Notes under the pieces: generated by a model
What the model was told of the DNA's origin: nothing
Seen by the model: the letters and a program-made list of their open reading frames with translations, nothing else
The model's database searches: none
From: the human T2T-CHM13v2.0 reference genome, Homo sapiens
Length of the DNA: 64,000 bases
Reading direction: 5' to 3' (one strand)
NCBI RefSeq assembly: GCF_009914755.1
Contig: NC_060943.1
Shown here: one piece after another, positions 1 through 14,028 of the stretch
Layout: each line of letters starts with the position of its first letter
Position numbering within the stretch: the stretch's first letter is position 1
Made by a program: the position numbers and the translations under genes

Positions 1-324
1 AGGAGCTGTGGTTAAACCCAGCTCATCTGGAAAAACCCAGCACTCATTTCACTGCCTGAAGCCATCTATGAACCGACCTCTCTGCCCAGACAGCTTTCTT
101 TAAAGAGGATCCTCATTACCCTTCACAGAAAACATCTGTTTAGACAGATGTTCCAGGAGGTCCTTGGCCCAAGTCCACTTTCTTGTCCCAAGGCTTCCCT
201 AACGTCCATCATCCCTGTTTAAAAATTATTTTTATTGAAGTATAATTTACATGCAATATAGGCAATCTGCTTTAAGTGTACTGACCTTTTGTTAAGTTTT
301 GGAAAATGTGTACCTTTGTGGAAA

Positions 325-813
325 TGATGCAGGACAGGAAAGACCCAAAACTAGGGCTTAGCCTGGGAAGTTTCTTGGTTTTGCCCAGGAAAGAATTCAA
401 GGGGGAGCCGGTGGTATTAGACAGCAGCTTCTATTGAAAAGGCCATGCACAGCAGCAGAGGGACTGCTCCTTGCAAAGCAGGGCCACCCTACAGACTGTG
501 TGCCTGGACATGCAGCTCAGAGGCACCTCTGCAGACATATTTATACCCACTTTTAATTACATGCAAATTAAGTGGCAGATTATGCAGAAATTTCTAGGAA
601 AAGGGTGGCAACTTCCAGGTCACTGGGTCATTGCCATGGAAAGGGGCAGGGTGTTGCCATGGAGTGTGGCCATGGCAATGGCAAACTGACATGGCACAAT
701 GGTAGGCATGTCTCAAGGAAAGCTGCTTCCACTCCACCCCTGTTTCAGCTATTTCTCAATTTGGTCCAGTGTTCAAGCCCAACCTTTGGAGTCGAGTCCC
801 ACCTCCTACCTCA
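325..813 (-). mobile_element. ERV1-class solo LTR (MER4 group, MER66-like) nested in L1
   Basis: TG...CA termini (tgatgc at 325, acctca ending 813). 4-bp flanks GAAA (321-324) and GAAC (814-817). L1 sequence resumes at 814. GC-richer than the host L1. Confidence 0.8.
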
Positions 814-2090
814 GAACCACCACCATAATCAGGATTTAGAATGCATCACCCCAAAATGTTTCTTCATGTCCCTGGCCCCTTGCTTTCAATCTCCTACAGC
901 TCCTAGTGAGTATTGATAGTTCAGTCACTATAGTTTTTCTTTTTCTAGAAATTCGCCTAAGTGGAATTATATAATATGTACCAGCTTCTTTCTTATATCT
1001 GGCTTCTTTTACTTGGCATGCTGTTTTTGAGAGTTAGGCATTTTGTTGTGTGTTTGATTAGTTTGATTTTTGTAGTGTGTTTGATTTGCTGTGTGTTTTT
1101 CTTTATATTGCAGAGTAGTATTCCACTGTATGTATATACCATAAAATGATTTATCGATGCTCCAGTTTTAGACATGCAAGTAGTTTCCAGCTTAAGGCCA
1201 TTCTGAATAACGCTGCTATGGACATTTAGGTACAAGTTTTTGTGTTAATATGTTCTCACTTATCTTGGACAAATATCTAGGAGTGAGATTTTGGCCCATA
1301 TGATAAATAGATATTTACATTATAAGAAACTTTCTATTTTTTAAAGTGGCTGTATTCCTGCCAGTAATGTTTAACATTCCAATTGCTCCACATCCTCACC
1401 AACACTTGGTATTGTCAGTCTTTCTAATTTTACCATTCTTGTGTATGTACAGTAGTGTCTTGTTGTGGTAGTATTTGCATTTCCTTAGAAACTAATGATG
1501 TTGAGCATTTGTTCATGTCCTTAATTGACATTCATAATATTTTCTTTGGTGAAAGGCCAGTTCAAATCTTTTGCCCATTTAGATTGATTATCTTCTTATA
1601 TTTGAGTTGTGCCAGTTCCTTATATATTCTGGGTGTATCTCCTTTTTCAGATATTTCTAGCAAATATATTCTCATAGTTTGTGGCTTTTCATTTTCTTAG
1701 ACATGTCTTTCAAAGACTAAAAGTTCTAATTTTGATAAGTCATTTATTCATTTTTTCTTTTATGGTTTGTGTTTTTTGTGTCTTATGTAAGCAATTTTTA
1801 CTTAGGCCAAGATCACAGGGTTTTCTTTTCTATTTTCCTCTAGAAGTGTTAATTTTTATGTATAATGTGAGCTAAGAAATGAGGTTTATATTTTCCATGT
1901 GCATATATTGTTATTTCAGCATGTTACACCTCTCAATGTATATAAGTCTTTTCTATTTTATCTCAGTAATAATTTGTAGTTTTCAGAATATGCCTCTCAC
2001 ATTGTTTATTTTATTCCTATTAATATTTTTCATACTATTATAAAAGGTATTTTAAAACTTTGCTTTATAAAAATTTGTTGTACATTTTTA

Positions 2091-2394
2091 TTTTTATTCC
2101 TTTTTTAATTTTTAATTTTGTGGGTACATAATAGGTGTGTTTATTTATGGAGTACATGAGATATTTTGATATAGGCATGCAGTTTGTAATAATCACGTCA
2201 CAGAAAATGGGGTATCCATTCCCTCAAGTATTTATCCTTTGTGTTACAAACAACCCACTTATACTCTTTTAGTTATTTTTAAATGTAGAATCAAATTATT
2301 ATTTACTGTAGTCACACTGTTGTGCTATCAAATACTAGGTCTTTTTCATTGTTTCTGACTAATTTTTTACACATTAATGATCCCCACTCTCCCA
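2091..2394 (-). mobile_element. 5'-truncated L1MA 3' end nested in older L1
   Basis: L1MA-type 3'UTR ('tttgtgggtacataataggtg...ggagtacatgagatattttgata'). 15-bp TSD TGTTGTACATTTTTA (2076-2090) and TGTTGTATATTTTTA (2395-2409). Confidence 0.85.
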
Positions 2395-2782
2395 TGTTGT
2401 ATATTTTTATGTCTAGTCCATATATTCTGTTTCATTGCTAAATTGACTTATTAATTCTATCTTATTTTATAGATTTCTTGGATTTCCTCCATAGATTATC
2501 GTATTATCTGTATGTCTTTTATTTGTTTTTCTTGACTTACTGTCCTATATGGGACCTCCACTGTAAATTTTAATCAAAGTGGTGAAAGCAGACTTCCTTG
2601 CCTTTTTCCCAGTCGTAGGGGAAGATTTAATCTTTCATCATTAAATAGGAACTTAGCTGTAGGTTTGTCATAGATACTCTTAATCTAGTTGAAGAAGTTC
2701 TCTATATTCTTAGTTTGCTAACAGTTTTTATTCATGAATTGCTGCTCAATTTTGTCCAATGCTTTTTCAGTATCTATGATTG

Positions 2783-3110
2783 CAATTAGTTCCTGCTATG
2801 CTATTTAAAATCTTGCAAGAAAAACCTCAGTGCTTATGGAAAAATTGGGGTGACAGGCACCACACTAAAAACCTTTATCAGTGACACACACAAGAAAAGA
2901 AAAGATGAGAACCTAATAAAAATGGTACCACTGTTTTCCACATATTACTACATAGCTGATTTCAGCTCAGTGCAGTTTTTTGCATTCATCTAGTTTTCCT
3001 TGATAGCAAAATTGTGCATAAGCAAACACAAAGTTCAAATTGTTCTTAACACGTGAATTGCATTGAAACAAATTCACATTTCAAAACAAGTGTTACAGCA
3101 GAATTTATTG
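2783..3110. mobile_element. TcMar-Tigger DNA transposon remnant (Tigger6-like)
   Basis: Degenerate terminal inverted repeats: caattagttcctgctatg at the left and 'tgttacagcagaatttattg' followed by TA at the right. It interrupts the L1. Confidence 0.6.
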
Positions 3111-4378
3111 TAAAAGTTTGTGTTTTTTAGTTTATTAATAAGGTAAATTGCAATGATTAACTTTTGAATGTTAAACTAGTCTGCCATTTGTTGGATAAGC
3201 CCATTTAGTCATGATATATTATTATATTTGTATTTTTCTGGATTTAATTTGTTAAAATTTGTTAGGGGTTTTTGGATGAATATTTATAAGGCGTGTTAAT
3301 GTGTAGTTCTGTTTTATAGTAATGTCTTCTTGTTATTTTCATATCAGATTAAGGCTGGCTGTGTAAAATGATTGAGGATATATTTCTTCTCCTATAGTTT
3401 CTGGAGCGTTTGTATAGAACTGGTATTGTTTATTCTATAAATAAACAATAGAATTCATCATTCAAGTAAACTAGGCCTGAGATTTTCTTTGTCAAAAGTT
3501 TTCAAATGATGAATTCCATTTCTTTAATAGATAAAAGCCTATTCCGGTTATTTGCTCCTTCTTAAGTATGCTTCGATAATTTGTATCTCTCAAGAAATTT
3601 GACAATTTCTTACAAGTTATTGAATTTACTGACACGAAGTTATTTCTCATATCTCCTTATTATCCTTTCAAGGTCTGTGGGATATGAAGTGATGTCTGTT
3701 CTTTAACTCCTAATATTGGTAATTGCTGTGTTCCTTTTTCCCCTTCTTTTTTATTATTTAGTCTTTTTAAATTTTCTTCATTTATTGATACTTTGAAGAA
3801 CCAAATTTTGTTTCCATAGATTTACTCAATTATCTGTTTTCTATTTTATTAATGTCCAGTCTTTATAATGTTCTTTCTTTCTGCTCACTTTGGGTTTCAG
3901 TTGCTCTTCGTTTTCTAGTTTCTTCAAGTAAAAATTCAATCATTGAGTTTAGTTTTTTCTTCTTTTCTAATGTAAGCTTTTAAATATAACAAATTTCCTT
4001 AATTATCACTTTATCTACAACCCACACATTTTGATTTTTTAAAATTCAGTTCATACTATTTCCAGGCCATAATGTTGTTTTATTTTTCCTGTGATTTCTT
4101 TTTTCACTCATGGATTTTTAGAAGTATGTTTTTAAATTTCAAATGTTTGTGGTTTTTCCAGATACCTTTCTGTTATTGATTTCTAGGTTATTTCCAGTAT
4201 GGTCAGAGAATATACTTCTTATTTTTCAATTTTTTAAAAATTTATTTAAACTTATTTTATGACCTAGAATATGAGCTACCTTAGTGAATGACCCATATAG
4301 ACTTGAAAAAATGTGCATTCTACTCTTTTAGGATTTTCTCTAAATGTCCCTAAATGTCACTCAGTTTTGGTTGATTGA

Positions 4379-4572
4379 CAGTGGTGTTCTGGGGAACGTT
4401 TAACTGAATATCTGGAAAGAAAAAGTCCTGATACATAGTATTTGATACCTTCTGTGGATATGCATTCTTATCAATGCTGATTTTAAGCTAACAATGTGCT
4501 GTCACCACATTGTGCTGTCACAAATGAAATTGCTTTCACTAGCCAGTGCAAGCTAGTTCTAGCACACCACAG
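4379..4572. mobile_element. hAT MITE (MER63/Blackjack-like)
   Basis: TIRs cagtggtgttctgg and ctagcacaccacag. Flanks tgattga and tgattgt resemble a TSD. Confidence 0.65.
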
Positions 4573-5582
4573 TGATTGTGGTATTCAAATCTTCTGTATC
4601 TTTGTTGCATTTTGTCTGTATATTCTTTCAGTTACTGAGAGATGAATGTTGTAATCTTGAACAATGATCACTGATTTTTCCATTTCTCTTTTCAGTTCTT
4701 TCAGTTTTTGTTTTAATGTAATTTAAAGCTTTATGAAGTGTACATGCATTTAGCATTTACGTGTGTTATAACTTCTTGATAAATTGATCCCTTTATCCTT
4801 ATGAAATGTACTTCATTATCACTGGTAACTTTCTTTTCTTTGAAATATATTTCTCTGATACTAATATAGCTACCCCCACCTTACCTTTGATTAGTGTTTA
4901 TATGGTGTAGAATTTTTCATTCTTTTACTTAAAATTTTTTGAATAATTTTGGATTTACAGAGGAATGCAAAGATAGTACTGAGATTCTCTGCATAACTGT
5001 CACTCATCTGTCCCTAATGTTAACATCTTAAACAACTATGGCAGATTTGTCAACATTAAGAAATTAACATTGGTGCATTATTAGGAACTAAAGCACATTT
5101 TTTACCTGGATTTCCCCAGGTTTGCTACTAGTTTCCTTTCATGTTCCAGGAGTCTATCCAAGAGTCCACATTTGTATTTCGTTATTGTGTCACCTTAGTC
5201 TCCTCTGGTCCATGAAGATTTCTCAGTCTTTTTATTGTTTGTCATTGCCTTTATGCATCTAAAATGTACTAGCCAGGTATTTTGTAGACTGTTTCTCAAT
5301 TCGGGTTTGTCTGACATATTCTCATGTTTATACTGGGATTATAGAATGTGAAGTGTCCTCATTACATCTTTTAGGGGCAGAAATGATAAAAATGACACTA
5401 TTACTGATGTTAACTTTGATCATTTGGTTAAGTCTGCCAGGTCTCTTCACTGTAAAGTTACTATTTTTTTTTCCATACTGTATTCATTGAAAGTGAGTCA
5501 CCAAGTTCCCAGAATTAAAGAATTAAGTTATACTTCCTAGAGGGGAGAGAGTATTTATATGTAAAGTTATAGAGTTATAGGT

Positions 5583-5594
5583 ATGTGTGTGTAT

Positions 5595-5628
<34 letters not shown>

Positions 5629-5690
5629 CTATAATTTTATATTTAAATATACATATATAAATATATATACTGTACATGTATATACACATA
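5583..5690. repeat. (CA)n/(TA)n compound microsatellite
   Basis: gtgtgtgtatatacacatacacatac...acacac and tatatata runs, seen directly. Confidence 0.85.
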
Positions 5691-6914
5691 ATGTTTATTG
5701 TATAAAATTATTCAAACATTTTGTCCCTTTTCCCAACCCCTTGCTTATTTGTAATTTCTTTCTCTAACAGTGAGAAACTTGGCTTCCTTTATTTATAAAT
5801 TACTAGTTTTTATATGTAAAGTAGTTTTATAATTGCTAAATATATCCCTGTGAGAAACACATTTACTACCTAAGGTACTGTGTTTATATATAGTTTTTTT
5901 TGTTGTTGTTTTTATTTAGGTCAGCCCCTTTTTTTCTTCATCCCAGTGGTGATATTTTGTCATATTTTAATAAAGTTAGATTCATTTGTCAAGGTCTACA
6001 TTCCATCCTGGGATCTTTCAATATCCTGGTTGACTTCTTAAAGAATATCACATACTGTAAAGTTTTCTTTGTAGTGTACAGTTATGTTGATTTTGAGATA
6101 AAAAAGCAGTACCATCTATCTACCACCCAAGAACCATACAGAATAGCTTCATCCATTCTAAACATTTTCTTCTCTGTCTTGTTATAGTCAACACCTCCCC
6201 ACTCCCTAACCCCTGGCAATCCCTGATACGTTTTCTGTACCCATAATTTTGTCTTTTCTATAATATTATATAAATAGAATCAGAAAATAAGTAAACTTTG
6301 TGTCTGACTTCTTTCATTTAGCAAAATGCACTTAAGATTTATTCATTTTGTGTAAAGCAATAGCCCATTTCTTTTTATTGCTGAGTAGGGTTATTCCATT
6401 GGATAGCTATACTACAGTTTGTTTATTCACTTATCTGTTGAAGAACATGTCGGCATTCTTTTTCTTTTGTCCTCTCTGTGCCGTGTATTTAAAGTGCATT
6501 TCTTTTAGACAAGTCGTGTTTTTATATCCAAGCTGACTTTTTTTAATCAAAATATTTAGACCATTTACATTTAGTGTAATTTTTAATATGATTAAGTTTA
6601 TCATCTTGCTATTTGTTTTTTAATTTTCCCATTTGTTCTTTTTATCTGTCTTCTTTTGGATTAGTTATTTTTTAACTACATTTTATTTCCACTACCATTT
6701 TGTATTTTAGTTTTCTAAAGTTTACAACATGTATTTTTTAACTTACCAATTTACTTTCAAATAATATCATGCCACTTAACATACTTTATAAGAATCTTAG
6801 AACAGTATACTTGCATATCTTTCCTTACTTTTTGCAATTGTTCTTATATGTTTAATTACTTTTATTATTAACTTTTAATGTGAAGTTCCAAACTAAGAAA
6901 ATGGCCTCTAACCA

Positions 6915-7090
6915 TAAAGAACAGGATCAAATCCTGGCTTTCTTACTCACTCACTATGTAATCTTAGGCAAATCACTTTACATGTTTGTTCCTCAGTGTC
7001 ATGGTAAAGTTGTCTGTAAAATAACAAGCTTGATATGAAGAAAAAGTAAAATAAGCCATGACATAGTTGCCACACCATAGCTGGCACACA
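6915..7090 (+). mobile_element. MIR SINE
   Basis: Core 'ggatcaaatcctggct...tatgtaatcttaggcaaatcacttta...cctcagt'. Confidence 0.65.
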
Positions 7091-7589
7091 TGAAGCAAAG
7101 GGATACAGTATCCCTTCTAGGCCAAACACCAGAAAAAGTTTGTCGGGAGTGGAGAGCTAAAAGTGAACAGTTTCCCATCTCTGAGCACACTCATTCCTTG
7201 CTACTCATAGTCTGGCCCTCTGTGACACCAGGAAACAACAGCAGATGCCAAAATGAACCACAGCAGCAAACTAAGGGTGCCCATCTGTGTCAACACCAGC
7301 AGACATAACTGATTCTATTCCAAGAAGGAAATTAAACTAAAAATCAGTTGTACTTTATGTGAGCTCCCCAAATCACAAAGACTAGGTTACTAAGGAAACT
7401 TGCTTCTGCAAACTTCAAGTGTTGAACTTAAGTGGTGAGTGGTTTTGTCTGCAGACACCATGTAGGATGCCTGCTGGAGATTGGGGGCTTCAGAGCTACC
7501 TTATTTTCTTACTTCCTGGCCCAGCTGGCTGCCTCTTCTCCTGAGCTGCTAGCTTTCTTCTGGAGGGATGGATAGGCTAACGCACTTGT

Positions 7590-7745
7590 GAAGTAAGCTC
7601 TGGGTTCAGACACACCTGGATGTAAATCATGGCCCATAATTCATTAATCATAACCCTGCAGAAGCCACTTAGCCCCACCAACCCTCAGTTTCCTAATCTA
7701 TAAAATGGGAATAAAAATGAAACTTAATGAGATAATGCATTTTAG
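7590..7745 (+). mobile_element. MIR SINE
   Basis: 'cctcagtttcctaatctataaaatgggaataa...aatgagataatgcat'. Confidence 0.75.
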
Positions 7746-9416
7746 CTAAGAAGAGTAGTGGGATAATATTCTAAAATATTAGCCAATCTTCCCTGCTCTT
7801 CCTCTCTTTCATTTATCCCTCAGTTCATTTTGTTCTATCTCTTAGGCCCTGGGCAGAATAGAGCAGCAGAAAGCAGGCAAAGAAAGGAGTCTTTTCTGAC
7901 TGTAGATTTCCAGAAGCCTAGGCCCTAGGGCAGGGGCAAGTCTCAGAGGACAGATTCAGGAGAGAGAGATGATGATGAAGGGCCAGGAGTGTGGGCTGTC
8001 AGATTGGAAACCAGTCTGAGTTAAATCTGGGAGGAATGAAGGAAGGGAAACAGAAGGGTGAGGGCTTTGTTTCCAGGCCAAGTGCAAAGAGGCAGCACAG
8101 CCCCAATCAGTTTTGTGGGATCCACCAAATGGCTGTAGAAGGAAAGGGAGAGAAGAAAGGGCCCAATTGCCTGGGCCAGCCTCTGAGTTACACTGGCTGG
8201 GTAGTATGTCCATGCACACAGGCTCCAGGTCAGAGGGAAGCCCAGGATGAGGCAGGACCCACAGAGTGGCCTCTCCACACCCAGGAGTTCAGAATGCCAA
8301 GCTTGATGGAGCTTGTGGGCAGGACCAAAACCTCCTTGGAGGTGACCTGCATGGACAAACCTCCAAGGACCAGAAGAAGGGTGCACAATTTAGCAGAGAT
8401 GTCATCAGAGAAGGGAGGGTGGGATGCGAAAATTTCTCTCTGCTCTTCTCCCTCTACAACTGCATTTTGCTGAATTTGTGCAGGTTAAATAAGCTTATTT
8501 CACAATGTGACTTGACAGTAATAATAACACAATCATGTCACACAACCAAGGCCTCAGTTTTTGGCAGGGATTTAAGCTGTCCAGAGCTTTGTTGTGATCA
8601 TGGGTGCATTTAACATTCCCGACAATCTGCCAGGCACCAGGGCCTGGCTATGAGGGAAGGAACTCCTACAACTCAGAGTCCCTCTCCTTCACTCAGCATC
8701 CTCACCAGACCTCGTGGAAGGAAGAAATCCTCTTTAAAAGCAGTGATATTCATGCTTCAGCATTTACTGAGCACCTGCTGTATATTGGGACCAGGAAGAG
8801 ACCCTGCCCTCATGAGGCTGTCAGTCCAGAGCAGTAGATGTACATTAATCAGTTAAAGGCGAAAGTACCCTCACAGTGACTAGTTTCTAATGAGCAAACA
8901 GAACTTGTGGAAGGCTGGCTTCCCCCCATGGCCTCTTATAAGTGTTTAAAATCAATCAATCAATCAGTTAATTAGTAGCTGTTCACTGAGTCCAGCCTGG
9001 TAGTCCAGGGCTCCCCTGGCCCAAGTGGTCTCTATGGAAGGTGCAGACACAGAGGCCCCATGCAGATGCCATAACAGATGTGAGAGCATTTGGCAAACAA
9101 GAAACTTCCATCAGACATGACAATTTCTGCTATGATGCTTATTGTTATTACTGCAGTCATTGTTGCTATCACCGTCATTAATACAAGCAGTGCTTGTTTG
9201 AAGGAGATGGCCTGATTGGAAAACAGGACCAGGCTTGCACGCAGGATCAGGGTGTCTGCAGGGAGCAATGAGCTCAGGACGGAGCCGCAGCCTTCACTTG
9301 ATTTCTCGCCGTTCCTGGGTCTCTTCTTACCACATCCACCATGTCTCTGGGCCCTTTACCGCTCACTAATTATATTTTCATTACATCCACTTACCCCTTT
9401 TACAGAACCAAGTGTG

Positions 9417-9651
<235 letters not shown>

Positions 9652-9984
9652 TAGGAAACAACAGTTCAATAAATACAATGATTAAACATTATTTGTAAAT
9701 TGTAGCTAAATTCAGCCCCATGCCCCAGCTCTGAGGTAGGTATCACTTAACAGAAAGCCTCAGGATGGAATGAAAAATGTAGAGGGGTAATTTTCTCATC
9801 ATGGAATCCACGTCATTTGCTACTTTGTGCCTCAGCTTTAAGTCTCTGGCCAGCCATTTTCTCCTGTTGTGTGCAAGTTGATCTAAAAATCCCCACCCAG
9901 GCCCCATCCCACATTCCTGCTTCCTGCCCTCAGGGCACCTTGCTTGGCTGCTGTTGAATCAGCCTTCTCTCCTTTCTGTTTTTT

Positions 9985-10650
9985 TTAAATTAAAATAGAA
10001 TTTGTTTATTTTTATTGATATATAATAATTATACATATTTATGAGGTACTTGTGATACTCTAATACAGGCATACAATGTGTAATGATCAAATCAGGGTAA
10101 TTAGCATAACCATCACCTTGAATCTTTATCATTTCTTTGTGTTAGGAACATTGCTAATCTTTTCTTCTAGCTATTTTGAAATACACAATATATTCTTGTT
10201 AACAACAGTCACCCTACTGTGCTATCAAATGCTAGAACTTATTTCTTCTAACCGTATGTTTGTACCCATTTACCGACCTCTCTTCATTGCCCTGCCCACA
10301 GCCCCCACACCCTTCCCAGCCTCTGGTAACTATCATTCTACCCTCTACTGCCATGCAATCAACTTTTTAGCTCCCACATGTGAGTGAGAACATGTGATAT
10401 TTGTCTTTCTGTACCTGGCTTATTTCACTCAACATAATGACCTCCAGTTCCATCCATGTTGCAGCAAAGGACAGAATTTCATTATTTTTACTGGCTGAAT
10501 AGTATTCCTTTACCCATTCATTCATGAGTGGACACTTAGGTTGATTTCATGTTTTTGCAATTGTGAATAGTGCTGCAGTGAATATGGGGGTGTAGGTATC
10601 CCTTTGCCATACTCATATTCTTTCCTTTGGATAGATACTGAGTAGAATGA
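9985..10650 (-). mobile_element. L1MA 3' end
   Basis: 'atacaatgtgtaatgatcaaatcagggtaattagcat...ctcccacatgtgagtgagaacatg...tccagttccatccatgttgc'. Confidence 0.9.
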
Positions 10651-10921
10651 TTTTATCTCCTTTAGTGCCTTACCCCTGTTCCATAGAGTCACCTCCCAAA
10701 TAGGCCACCTCCACATAACCCTGGGCTCCAGCTCAGCTTTCAGGAAAATGTAGGATAAAGCATGGTATCTTTCTAGCCCCTAAAACTGCCTTGTGAACCC
10801 CAAAGACATGAGTCCTATAACACTAGCTCCATTACCTGTTAACTGTGAAACCTGGAACAGGTCAGTTAGTGTTTCTGAGCCTGCTTGCTTGCATGAAATA
10901 CTGGTAACTGTGCTTACCTTA

Positions 10922-11300
<379 letters not shown>

Positions 11301-12242
11301 ACAGTGGCACACTCAAGGAGCCCACCCAGGTGCCTGGAGACTGGCTTTTGGCCTGCAGGTGGTGGTGAGGCAGTGCAAGTGTGACAGCTGCTGACAATGA
11401 GATACTACCTGCTTTTGCAGAACACACAGATCTATAGCCCAGTGTCAGCCATGGGCCGGTGCTCACCTGGCGTTTGTTGTGGTGCTGGCCCAGCTGTCCG
11501 CATTGTTGGGGATGTTAGAGTGGCCCCTTCTGGGTGGAAAGTCGAGGTCCGGGAGGTCTCTATGTAGCTGTCCTCTGTCTGATAAAGGATCCTTGGGGCT
11601 GTCTGTCTGGCCACTCCGGAAACCATGGGCCATTGCAGCTACTAGCTCAGCCCTGATGGGGAGCCCCGCAGATGGGGCTTGAGTCCTTCCACTTACTCTT
11701 CTCTTTCTCTGCCTCATCTATTACCACTCCCTGCTGGCCTCCTCTCTTACCTGCAGCCCTCCTGTGCATCCAGCTGGAGGTCTGGCCACACCAACAGCTG
11801 ACCTGGTTCCCTAGACTTTCCAGCCCATGTCTTGGACATGCAGTTCCCACCCTCCACTTCTCTGCAAATTCATCGTCTTCCTTCTGAGACTCCTGTCCCT
11901 CAGATCTCCTGCAGAGACCTCACCTTGCCATCTGATGACTCTGGGATGCACCTCCCCCCTCAGCCTGTGGATTCCTAGAGGGCAGCACCTAGTCTCTGTT
12001 AACTGCCCCCTCAAGCCCAGATGCTGTGAACAGGAGTCAGCATTGGCTGTGTACCTGGCTGCCTCTCTGCCCCCTGCCCTCAACTACCTCGTCCCACTCT
12101 GCCCTGGGGGTGGCTTCAGATGAGTGAAGCTCAGCTCTGGACATACTGGACAGATTGCTGTTCCCCAACTGTGTCAGACCCATTGCTGCCCTTTGCACAG
12201 TCATTAGCTCTAATAATTACTGCAGGTCCTCAAACACTTGTC

Positions 12243-12504
12243 ATTCAGGTCTCAGTTCACATGTCACCTCTTTAGAGAACTTCCCCGACTACCCATTGTA
12301 AGGTTCCACTCCCTCCGTCTGAAATGATCTGATGTGTTTTCTTAGTAATGCACGCTCTGCCTCCACTCTAGAGCATGATGACTAAAATCCTGCTTATCCT
12401 GTTCCCCCTCTACCCCCAGGTTGCTGGCACAGGGCCTGGCCCATAGGAAGTATCTACATGTATTGAATGAATGAATGAATGAATGAATGAATGAATGAAT
12501 GAAT
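12243..12504 (+). mobile_element. L2 3' end with (GAAT)n tail
   Basis: 'atgtcacctctttagagaac...ggcacagggcctggcccatagg' followed by tgaatgaatgaat repeats. Confidence 0.75.
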
Positions 12505-13380
12505 ATATAAACCAATCAATGAAAAAACAAACCAATCCTACCAAAAGCCTCAAGACAGACTCAGGTGGGAGGACTGGGTAGGCATTACCGTCTCCAGTAA
12601 CAGATGAGGCACTAGAGTCAAAGAGGGCTCGCGAGTGAGAGTGACAGCCTGGAGCCAGCAACACTGCTGTTTTTCCCCTGGGCTCCTTCTCTGACCCACC
12701 TCTACCCACCAGTGAACCCCCGCTGGACATCTGGAAAGGGCATCTTCTCCATCCCTGACATCACTTTGGTCAGAACTGCGCTGGCCTCACTTTCTGATTC
12801 ATAATTCAGCACCAGCAGCTCACTGCTCCAGTCAGGGGTGAAGCCTCCCATTCATTCAAGATGTTTCAGAACGCCTGCTGCATTACCCCAGAGGCAGCAC
12901 AGGGCTTGGTACAAAGGTGGATGCATCACAGGCCCTGCATCCCCGGTATTGATTTCTATATGTATGTCCCGCTTATTAGACCGCCAGAATTTATCAGGCA
13001 GAGACCAGGTCATTATTTCAGAATTTCTTTCTATTTCCCCCTTTCCCTAAAATCTGAGGGTGGGGTGCTTCTGGAAAAACAATGCGGGATTATAGGTAGA
13101 CTTTTCTACAAAATAAACATGATGGCATGAAAGTACTAAAGGAACCAAGATGACATCTTCAGAATGGTTATTTTCAGAAAATAATTCATTCAAGAATTGA
13201 TAAATAGCCCTAGTGTGATAGAGTGTTTGGGGGTGTTTTTTGTTTGTCTGTTGGGGGGCAGTTATTATGAATTGTCTTTTATTTTAAAAAATAGTGTCAA
13301 ATACTATATTATAATTAGATAGCAATTTTTACAGTTTTATTGAAATATAAAGGATACACAAAAAACAGCACATTTAAAAA

Positions 13381-13592
13381 ATCTTTTACTTTAAGTTCTG
13401 GGATACACGTGCTGAACGTGCAGGTTTGTTACATGGGTATACATGTGCCATGGTGGTTTGCTGCACCTATCAACGCGTCATCTAGGTTTTAAGCCCGGCA
13501 TGCATTAGGAAATTGTCCTAATGCTCTCCCTCCTCTTTCCCTCAACCTCCTGACAGGCCCCTGTGTGTGATGTTCCCCTCTCTGTGTCCATG
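13381..13592 (-). mobile_element. L1PA (about PA8-10) 3' terminal fragment
   Basis: 'tactttaagttctgggatacacgtgctgaacgtgcaggtttgttacat...gtgtgatgttcccctctctgtgtccatg'. Confidence 0.9.
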
Positions 13593-13721
13593 TTTAATGT
13601 GTACAATTTGATGAGTTTGAAATATGAAAACACCTGTGATACCATCCCCAAAATCAAGGTAGTAGGTACACTTAACATCTCCTGGAGTTGCCATGATGCT
13701 TTTTTCTTTATGGTAAGAACT

Positions 13722-14028
13722 CTTTGCTTGTTTGTTTGTTTTGAGACAGAATCTCGCTCTGTTGCCCAGGTTGGAGCGCAGTGGCATGATCTCAACTCAC
13801 TGCAGCCTCTGTCTCCTAGACTCAAGCCATCCTCCCACTCCAGCTTCCTGATTAGCTGGGACTACAGGCATGAGCCCCCATGCCCAGCTAATTTTTTTTT
13901 TGTAGCTTTTGTAGAGACAGTGTCTCACCAAGTTGCCCAAGCTGGTCTCAAACTCCTGGGGTCAAATGATTCATCCGCCCTGGCCTCCCACAGTGCTGGG
14001 ATTACAACATGAGCTACTGTGCCTGACC
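13722..14028 (-). mobile_element. AluJ
   Basis: Antisense dimeric Alu with J-type diagnostics. Flanks tggtaagaactctt and tgataagaatcctt. Confidence 0.92.

Larger units (their letters stand above)
225..6880 (-). mobile_element. Old L1M (L1MB/MC/ME-type) block, fragmented and carrying several nested insertions
   Basis: Antisense L1 3' end 'tttattgaagtataatttacatgcaata' at ~230, then T-rich degenerate L1 3'UTR/ORF2 sequence. A second L1MC-like 3' end starts at ~4930. Boundaries approximate. Confidence 0.85.

Noticed and set aside
7991-8473. 160-aa ORF in unique sequence
   Set aside because: Non-ATG start, no recognisable family, and overlapping ORFs in other frames. Consistent with chance.
8950-8976. 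ATCAATCAATCAATCA as tandem PBX sites
   Set aside because: More simply a short tetranucleotide repeat or L2-tail remnant.
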